Part shown: piece after piece, positions 10,396-32,973 of the stretch | Numbering within the stretch: the first letter of the stretch is position 1 | How the letters are laid out: each line of letters opens with the position of its first letter | Assembly (NCBI RefSeq): GCF_001194135.2 | Contig: NC_068986.1 | Location: 9,676,955-9,709,927, forward strand | Length of the DNA: 32,973 bases | Direction: 5' to 3' | From: Octopus bimaculoides | Lineage: Eukaryota | The notes under the pieces: model-generated | Seen by the model: only the letters and a program-made list of their open reading frames with translations | What the model was told of the DNA's origin: nothing | The model's database searches: none | Translations under genes and position numbers: made by a program

Positions 10396-12010
10396 TTCCA
10401 TTTTTTTAAAAAACAATTCATTCTCCGAAGTAAAGATTGTTTGTCAATATAACATGGCAGTCCTGGTTTAGGACAAATGTTGCTATAATTTAGCCCCAGG
10501 AGACATTGTCTCCAGCTGGCTATACGACACGATTTGTGTCCTTATATTTTTGAACAAATCAGAAAATTATTATTTTTAAATCTCACATTCGTCCTAAACC
10601 AGGATTGCCATGTTATGTTGGCAAACAATCTTTACTCCAAAGTACTGTTGCTGAATATCTCTCGTAAGATTTTAAAATAGTAATTTTCTAATTCATTCAC
10701 AGTTCACTTCCTGTGCATTATTCTCTGTAATGTTCATTCACTCTTGGTTACTGTTTCTGATGAGCTGAGTATACCTGAGCACTCATTATACAATAAATTC
10801 ATTATAATTATTACAGGTGATATTAATAGCAACTGTGTGAGTTTTACCTCTTGGTCATTCCTGTTTCTTTGAGACAAAATTATAAAATGTTTCTGGGGTT
10901 CCTAATGGCATGAAGTTGTGAATATAAGACAGTTGCAGGGGGGATATTAAGTGAAAAGTGGGGACATTGTTTGACCAGTATGTAGGAGATGTAACAACCT
11001 GTTTGAGACACCAGAATTGATGTAACCGAGAGAAGTGTGAGTTGTTATGGAAGAGGCAGGAAGTTTTTAACCGAATATTTGCAGATAACTAAGCCAGGGA
11101 GATAGTTCCAATGTTAAAAGACTCTACGGAATATAAGAAGCAATGGAAACTGTGTGTGAAGGAAGACATTAAAGAAAAAAAACTTTAGATCATCATAATC
11201 AATTCGGTGGCTTTTGTATTATGATGCATCCATACAAGAAGGAAATATTTTCGATTCATTTTGTAAATATAAAAATTCAATTTTTAGTGTCCTTTCCAAG
11301 CATTAAAAATAATGGACATCATTTTTTGTTTGACAATAAATCACAAAACTTCTGAAAAAGAAAAAGAAAAAGAAAAAACATTGAATTCGAGATAGCGTAC
11401 GAAGGGAGATAACTCCAAGCACGAAAATGATTTCACTAACTTTGGACAAAATTTTAGTGATAGGGAATATCAGCTTCCAACGAGACAAGTGAGGGTTGGC
11501 AACAGGAGGGGCATCTGGCCATAGAAAATCTGCCTCAACAAATTCAACCCATTAACAAAAATCTTTGCCATGATTCATGTCGTCATGTCTTAGTGCTTGG
11601 CGACCGTCTTGGTGAAATTGAAAAATGTTGCTGAGGTTTTTAAGTGTGAATCTTATGATGACGTCAGTTAAAGAGAAGTGGAGGCTGGCATCATGTATAA
11701 TTAACAGCAAAGGTCATGGCTGCAAGAAAGAGTGGTGTGAGAGACAAGCAAAGTCGATACACCAGAATGAAACCATTCAGCCAAGGAGAGAAACTACAAC
11801 ACTTTGTAATAAAATGGTCTGACAAGAATTTGTAGATAGCAGTTCAGAGGTTGGTAATTTTGCTATAAGGTTTCCTTCCATGGCAAACACCATTGAAAAA
11901 CAACTCTCACCAAATTTCTTAAAAGTAATAATTCTCAATAATGCATCAGAAAAAAGAAAATCTAAAGTATTTCGTTGTTTACAATACCTGGCTTTGCAAA
12001 AGTCTTATTA

Positions 12011-13144
12011 CACTCGGTTTTTGGGTCATTTGAGTGGTTTACCTATGTGATAGAAAAAAATGCTATCAAACCTACTTAAACATTCCACTTTTCCAGGAAA
12101 TGTAATTAGAACGTCTTCTCCATTATGAACAGGTGGAAAGAATTGTAGTATCTGTTCTCCTGTGCACAGGCCACAACAGGTCCGACATTGCCAAGTAGCA
12201 CAACGTCAGCCAGGTGACGGTCCACAGAGTTGCAGAGAGTTTCAAGAACGGGAAAGACCTCAAAGATTGACCTCGATCAAGCAGACCTGAAGTTGTCAAC
12301 CATTTGGCTGCGAGAAAGGCCTTCGACAGTGATCCAAAGCTCAAAATGACTGTGCTCATGACAAACAATATCTCGATGCAAAAGTGTCCAGGGCCATCAA
12401 GGAGGAAGGTGGCAAGAGCTTATGGTGCATAGAAAGGCCTCTGCTCACCAACTGTATGCAAGAAGAACGTCGGGAGTATTGTCATCACCTCCTCAATGAC
12501 TTGAAGTATCAAGACAATCGAATTCTCATATTTTCTGATGAAAAAAACTTCACAGTCGATCCAGTTGTCAACGAGCAGAATGACCACATGGTCAGCCAGG
12601 ACGTCTCCGAGGTCTGCTACATGTCCACAATAAAGCACTCTGCCTCCATGATGATGCTTGGCGTCATGGTTCGTGGCTAGTTACAGGCTCACCGTGGCTG
12701 ACTACAGGGACATCTTAGCCACGAAAGTCCAGCCTTGGGTGAGAAAGATCACAAGGAAGGTGGTCTACATATTTCAGCAGGACAGTGCCCTAACCCACAA
12801 AGTCAAGGCAATGAGTCGAATACGAACTTCTGGTTGAAGAACTTTTGGCCACCACAGTTGTCAGACCTCATCCCACTCGACTCCAGCATGCAGGCGTATG
12901 TCGAGGGCAAAGCCTGCACGGTCTGCCACAGCAATATTGATGAACTGAAGTCCTCCATCAACCACACGTGGGCCAGCACCAGGAAAGGACTCCATCCACA
13001 TGTGAGCAGCTTTCAGGTCTTGCCTGGAGCATGCGCTTTTCACTGAGGGTGGCCACATTCATTAATATCAATATTTAAACACATTTATGTTAAAACAATA
13101 AAAACGTGTCTAATGGAATTAAAACTATTATTATGTCCTGAGTG
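12011..13144 (+). mobile_element. Decayed Tc1/mariner-superfamily transposon, maT (DD37D, Bmmar1-like) type
   Basis: Frameshifted transposase from about 12125 with an HTH-like N-terminus, IFSDEKNFTVDPVVNEQND, KHSASMMMLGV, FQQDSA and WPPQLSDLIPLD. Tentative ends are TA-CACTC and GAGTG-TA; only about 5-7 bp of TIR match. Confidence 0.85.
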
Positions 13145-13254
13145 TATAACAGGACTTTTGCAAGGCCCAATATGTGGAGTGGACTGTAACACACCCAGTT
13201 AACAATTGTGAATATATTACGCACAGATGTTACCTTCATTAATAAATGAAGGTC

Positions 13255-13385
13255 ATAATTTAATGTCCATTTTCTATGCTGGCATGAGTTGGACAGCTGG
13301 ATGCCCCTCCTAACACCAACCACTTTACAAAATGCTTTTAACCTGACACCAGCACCAACTGGGTCACCAAGTATATTGCAAGACA
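13255..13385 (-). mobile_element. Family A diverged copy
   Basis: catttaatgtccattttctatgctggcatgagttggac...ctggatgcccctcctaacaccaaccact. Confidence 0.7.
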
Positions 13386-14187
13386 AAATAGGGATTCTGT
13401 AAAGGTAACACTCATGGCAAAAGAACTAGAAATTTCTCTTATAATTTACGAAGCAACAGAGCTTGTAGATTAGGCATTTAATGAAAGCCTCCTTCAGCCC
13501 TTCTGACAGTTAACTTGCAGATGTTGCAATGTAGTCGGACATCTTGCAGCAGTTGTTGTAGACTATGTTCTTCACCTGCAAAAGTGACCCTACCACATGG
13601 AGTTTCTAAGAAGTCTTAGCTGGGGTTTCATTTGGACAAAGATCACAAGTCAGCAACTGTGATTGTCAAGTAAAAACAGAATTTACAGATGGGAAAGACC
13701 CAGAGTCTTTGCTGAGTTGCTGTTTATAGACAGAGCTTCAAATAGATCATGTGTTCAACATGGAAAGAGTGAAAGCCAAAGAGAGTGGAGGTGAGTCTTC
13801 TATGTTTAACCCTTCTCAAGACCTGAAAATTTGAGGAAGGAAAGGAAATACAGGGTATTCCAGCTAAATTCTATTTTGTGTAATAAGCAAATAAGCGATA
13901 GTATGTTGTCAACTTAATGTGACAATCCCATGAAAGGGAAGAATACAACTGTTATATAGCCCTAGGAAACACCGTTGGACTCTTCCTGTGTCCTTATGTT
14001 TTCAAAGTAGAGACAAGCACCTTCACCTAGCAAAGCCAGCATCCAGAGACTAGCTTCAGAGTCATTGCTCATCATCAGTCTGGAGTAGCATGGCTTGCTA
14101 ACTGTCGATGCCTATCTGCCTTTGAAAACATATTTCAAGTGAAATACATTCACGGATTTTTGAAAATAGAAATTTCTAAATCCGAGA

Positions 14188-14302
14188 GAGATTTATACAG
14201 CAGCAGCACGATAAAGTGATGGTATGTTGTCAACTTGACGTGACAGTCCCATTAAGTTGGCAACATACCATCACTTTATCATGCTGCTACTGTATAAATC
14301 TC
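14188..14302. repeat. Near-perfect 49-bp inverted repeat with 17-nt loop
   Basis: 14188-14236 pairs with 14254-14302 with 3 mismatches. The left arm plus loop resembles 13894-13938. Confidence 0.95.
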
Positions 14303-14398
14303 AGAGATTAGAAATGTATTATTTCCATAAGCAAATTAGCTCATTAGAAAATCTGTTTAAGAGATGAAAGCAGTAACTCTACTCAAAAGTAAGGTTTA

Positions 14399-14753
14399 CT
14401 GCCTCTTCAACATAAGCTGTTTCATAGGAACCGATGTTATTTACATTTTAACCCCTGGAGGATGTCACCTCCAGCTGCTTATTCAATGCAATCTGCATCT
14501 GATTTACATTGCAAGCAAGGGAGTGAACTCCCACCTACTGCTATCCCTAGCAGATGATATCCACCACGGAGGATTACCACAAAGAGGTTGAAACCATACA
14601 GTCTGGTAGTCATGGCTGGAAGTTATATTGCTTGCAATATATATATCAGGTAGAGATTGTATTGAATAACCAGCTGGAGAAGACATCCGCCATGATGGGG
14701 GTTAAAATACAAGTAACATCGGTTCCCACGGAACAGCCATGTTGAAGTGGCAA
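14399..14753. mobile_element. TA-flanked MITE with about 120-bp imperfect terminal inverted repeats
   Basis: 14399-14518 is a diverged reverse complement of 14628-14753 (roughly 80% by eye). TA flanks at 14397-14398 and 14754-14755. No coding capacity. Confidence 0.8.
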
Positions 14754-14859
14754 TATGATGTATTGGTGAATAGTAGACTGCATTGGAAAGCATAAAGATT
14801 AGTTGTTGAGAAAGAGCTGACATAGAGGAGTGAAAGCGATTTTAATATTTGGGAAAGAG

Positions 14860-15250
14860 TTACCTGTAATCATGACAATGTTCAACGCTCTGTGAATACT
14901 AAAAGAATAAGACGTGACACAGCTGCAACAGAAACTACAAAGCCACGGCTAGCAAGGTCTTTGGATGGGGGGGGGGTCATGTTATTCCCACATCTTTAAA
15001 CAAAGTTCAATGCAGATGACTATTTAGCCCCATTTGTCAGATTCATTCATCACTGATCCGAGATGCTCAAATGTTAACCACATTACACTCATCACATCTT
15101 CCTCTGTGATAACACACAGGTTGGCAATCAAGATTCTGCTTGAACCACAAAAATGCATCTTGGTAACATCCACAATGCACTATTGCTCATGTGTCCAGGA
15201 CCGTGTTGTGAAGGAGCACATTGTCAATATGGATTGAATCCTTTGGTTCC
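14860..15250 (-). mobile_element. Heavily decayed Tc1-like transposase fragment
   Basis: Minus-strand frames give SWTHEQ*CIV..HFCGSS / CYHRGRCDECNVV / EHLGSVM, reminiscent of Tc1 WTxEQWxxV.FSDESRFC...GGSVM. Multiple stops and frameshifts. Confidence 0.4.
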
Positions 15251-15279
15251 ACTCTCTCTCTTGGCTGAGAGTTCTTTGT

Positions 15280-15395
15280 CTTGCAAGTTCTGGTGCCATG
15301 TAAAAAAGCACCCAGTACATTCTGTAAAGTGGTTGGCATTAGGAAGGGCATCCAACCATAGAAACCATGCCACAGCACGGGGAAACAGATGTTAA
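15280..15395 (+). mobile_element. Family A diverged copy
   Basis: ggtgccatgtaaaaaagcaccc...ggcattaggaagggcatcc. Confidence 0.7.
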
Positions 15396-17144
15396 GTGGT
15401 AATAACAATTTGCATGGATGTACCCACTAACATGAGAGAGAAAAAAAACCTAGAGACGATCAGGAAAATAGATAATGGAAACTTTGCCAGTGTGGGCCAG
15501 GTACCAATAGATTTACCATTCGTTCCATTTACAAAGTGCATTCTTTTAACAATTTTTTTTAAAAATCCCAAATCCTTGCAATAAATGGGGACAAATGTAG
15601 AAACATTTAAAATGAATGTAGATAATGTGAGGATGACCAATATTGAAACGCAATACAAAAGAGTAGAGTTATATAAATTTTATTATTCAAGATATGAAAT
15701 CAGTTCTCTTGCTTGTTTATCATTATATATGTTTATATTTATTTATATATATGAGACACACTGTTACTTGATCCTATTTCATGGAACATTATTATTATAC
15801 TGAAGACAACAAAATAAAATTTTCTTCCTGAAAGTTAACAAAACATGAAATACCAAAAGTTGGCAACTAAATACACCTAATTAAATATTTGATTTCAAGA
15901 GGGGGTGTGTGTGTGTGTGTGTGTGTATCTGATATGTACCCTAACCCAACTTAAATTTACAATTCTTAAATTTTACAATATTGTTTACATTTATTCAGCT
16001 ATTGACACCAGAGTTTCGCTATCGTTATTAAAAAAGAAAACAATTTCATTGCCAAAATGTATTTGTTTTCTTGAAATTCCTGTTTTGCTGTCAAAACAAA
16101 CCAATGCTTAAATGGACAAACTTTGCCGCTAACTTTTTTAAGAAACCCAACAGGATTCAGACAGGAACGATTTTCATTAAATGGTGCCATAACTCAACTC
16201 ACAGATGTTATTTCAGAGCAGGTCTCTTTTATTTATTTAACAGGGTTTATAAAAACCACAAAGAATTGTTACTTTTAATATGTGCATCAGTTCAGCATCT
16301 TACAAGAGAATCAACTTTGAAAATAACTCCGTAACTAATGTAAAATTTCACAGCCTTCTGTCATATCAGATTTTAAATAGATTGATAGAGATAGATAAAG
16401 ATAGAAAGAGAGAAAGAGAGAGAGAGAAAGAGAAAGAGAGAGTGAGTGAGTGAGTGATTGAGATTTTTGTACACAACATACTGAACCAAGCTTGTTCAAG
16501 ATCAGGATACTCCAGACAATTTCAGGGAGTTTATTTAGGGTTCTAAATCAGCATAAAGAGAATAAAGGTACACAAAGAAATATACAATATATAAATTTAT
16601 ATATTCTTACGAATGGAAAGGTTTTTTTTTTTTCTTTCCCACACTAATTTCAGGTATCAAACTATCACATTACATGTCACCATCGTCCTTAGCTCCAGTA
16701 CAGACCCGATATTGCAGCCAGCTGAATGGACATCTCACACTCAAACAGCTTTAACAAAAACTAGTCAACATGAAATGAAAATTAGTTCCAAGGGCAGGTA
16801 ATTCTGTGAAATCTCAGCACAGAGCTCTTGAAAGTTGGTCACAAATGTCTATCAGAATATATAAAATTCATTAGCAGCTTTCTTTCTTTCTTTTTTTATT
16901 ATAAGGAATCAAGTAATTATGATGTTTATAGATTAAATAAAAGCTGATTAAGTTCTACCCACAAAAAAATTAACTGGGTGCTGTAGAGGACATATTTCAG
17001 ATAATCAGCTGGAAGGGCTTACGAGTTTTAACCCCCATTCAATACACCGCATGGAGTATGGAAGGAAAGAGGAGACATAAATACTCAATAAAAAGTATAA
17101 AGTAATATTCCAAAAACAATATCTTGCAATTTTGTTGTTATTTC

Positions 17145-17325
17145 NNNNNNNNNNNNNNNNNNNNNNNNNNNNNNNNNNNNNNNNNNNNNNNNNNNNNNNN
17201 NNNNNNNNNNNNNNNNNNNNNNNNNNNNNNNNNNNNNNNNNNNNNNNNNNNNNNNNNNNNNNNNNNNNNNNNNNNNNNNNNNNNNNNNNNNNNNNNNNNN
17301 NNNNNNNNNNNNNNNNNNNNNNNNN
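17145..17325. other. Assembly gap (181 N)
   Basis: Run of N. Confidence 1.
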
Positions 17326-17442
17326 GAGAGGAAATTAAAGTTGTAATAAAGCAAAAGATTTTATTTTTTATCAGAAAATTGACTGTAATTATATATTTTT
17401 AACTGATTAATGTTTAATTAAAATATAAAAATGAACAAAGCA

Positions 17443-17455
17443 TTTATTATTTATT
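17443..17455 (-). promoter_or_regulatory. Candidate proximal polyadenylation signals of ALIX (two AATAAA)
   Basis: Plus-strand TTTATT at 17443-17448 and 17450-17455, about 235 nt past the stop. Hexamers alone are weak evidence in AT-rich DNA. Confidence 0.35.
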
Positions 17456-17539
17456 TTTTTTCATTTTAAACGGCTAATGTAAAATATTATATAGAACAAA
17501 CTGAAAACTTATTCAATTTGAACAGAGAGAGAGGTGTAT

Positions 17540-17573
<34 letters not shown>

Positions 17574-17686
17574 GTATATGAGAGAGAGAGACTAAAAGAT
17601 TTGAAAGGTTTCTAAATTTGACCAGCTCAATATATTGAAAATGGCTACAAATTCCATTTTCTGTTTTTTGAAAAGGGTAAAGCAGC

Positions 17687-31880
<14,194 letters not shown>

Positions 31881-32200
31881 CTAGGAAAAGAAAAGAAAGA
31901 AAATGTGACTATTTCAATATATCACACACTTCCACAGAGATCAAAGCAAGACAAAACATCTGAAAACACTGAAGTGAATAAATATGCACAACATTTTGAC
32001 AAAGTAATCTGAATGCCAAAGGGTTAAAGTCATGAGAACTAGTTCAGAAAACAACTATGAAAGGAATGCTGCACAGAGAAATAGAGTTTAGCTCTGGGAA
32101 TAAGACCAAGAAATCTATTGATTGTTGGCAACCAGAGAAAAGACAAGAATTCATCTGAGACATGAAGAACAGGGATCACAGAAGAATATATTGTCATGAT

Positions 32201-32350
32201 GGGTGCAGGCGTGGCTGTGTGGTAAGAAGTTTGCTTCTCAACCACATGGTCCTTGGTTCAGCCCTACTGTGTGTGATCTTGGGAAAGTGTCTTTGACTAT
32301 AGCTTCAGACAGACCAAAAGCCTTGTGAGTGGATTTGGTAGGTAGAAACT
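32201..32350 (+). mobile_element. Family C SINE (left arm of inverted pair)
   Basis: gcaggcgtggctgtgtggtaagaagtttgc...gagtggatttggtaggtagaaact. Confidence 0.85.
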
Positions 32351-32368
32351 ACCCAATGAGCTTTTCTC

Positions 32369-32512
32369 AGTTTCCGTCTACCAGATCCACTCACAAAGCT
32401 TTGGTTGGGCTTGGGGACTTTAACAGAAGACACTTGACCAATGGGCAGTGGGGTGGAACCCTAAACTACATGGTTGGGAAACAAGGTTTTTAACCACACA
32501 GCCACACCTGTG
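32369..32512 (-). mobile_element. Family C SINE (right arm of inverted pair)
   Basis: agtttccgtctaccagatccactcac...accacacagccacacctgtg. Confidence 0.85.
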
Positions 32513-32597
32513 TCAACAAAAGCATACACATACACCATTACTTAACATTCATTTTCCATGCTGGCATGGGTTGGGCAGACACACAAAAATGTGACCT

Positions 32598-32783
32598 GAG
32601 AGAAAAGCTGGGCATAAGAAGCATCAGATGTAGTGTGCAAGAGAGATGACAGCGCTGGTATGGTCATGTGATGCGTATGGACAAGGACAGCTGCATGAAG
32701 AAGTGCCAATCTCTAATGGTGGAGGGAACTTGCAGAAGATGTTGGCCCAGGAAGACATGGGATGAGGTAGTGAAGCAGGATCT
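32598..32783 (+). mobile_element. RTE-clade LINE C-terminal fragment, cut at a TTAA element
   Basis: EKLGIRSIRCSVQER*QRWYGHVMRMDKDSCMKKC...VEGTCRRCWPRKTWDEVVKQDL matches RLRWxGHVxRM...GRPRKTW. Confidence 0.8.
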
Positions 32784-32787
32784 TTAA

Positions 32788-32973
32788 CCCTTTCGTTACC
32801 AAACCGCCCAAAGCCGCCCCAAAAAAATTTTGGTTCATGTGACCAAGCCGCCCAAAACCGCCCGTAATCACCTATTCATATTTAAATGAGAATATCTGAG
32901 CAAATCTCGTTAGTACATTCGTGAAAACACGTGATTATTTGTGTAAACAGTTCAGCAATAGTTTTGTACGACG
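32788..32973. mobile_element. Left end of a piggyBac-like element running off the window
   Basis: TTAA (32784-32787), then CCCTTTCGTTACC (same terminus as 25996) and repeated subterminal (a/g)ccgccc motifs. Abuts an RTE fragment. Confidence 0.75.

Overview
AT-rich, repeat-dense animal genomic DNA with three N-gaps (5568-5715, 17145-17325, 24801-25789). The repeat landscape looks like an octopod cephalopod, probably Octopus; this is inferred from memory of its repeats, not from a search. The only host gene I can support is the 3' two-thirds of PDCD6IP/ALIX on the minus strand. It has ten visible GT-AG coding exons from 31880 to the stop at 17687: the end of Bro1, most of the V domain and the proline-rich tail. 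The exon(s) ending the V domain are missing and most likely lie in the 989-N gap. The 5' exons appear to lie beyond the right edge. The rest is retroposon and DNA-transposon debris: GAT-tailed RTE-type 3' ends, three tRNA-type SINE families, RTE and CR1 LINE fragments, a decayed maT-like transposase, TTAA- and TA-flanked MITEs, a probable DIRS recombinase remnant, and microsatellites. I found no clearly new multi-gene system. The best leads are a candidate 48-nt in-frame ALIX cassette exon, alternative splice sites and rearranged binding motifs in the ALIX tail, and several strong dsRNA-forming structures in or just downstream of ALIX.
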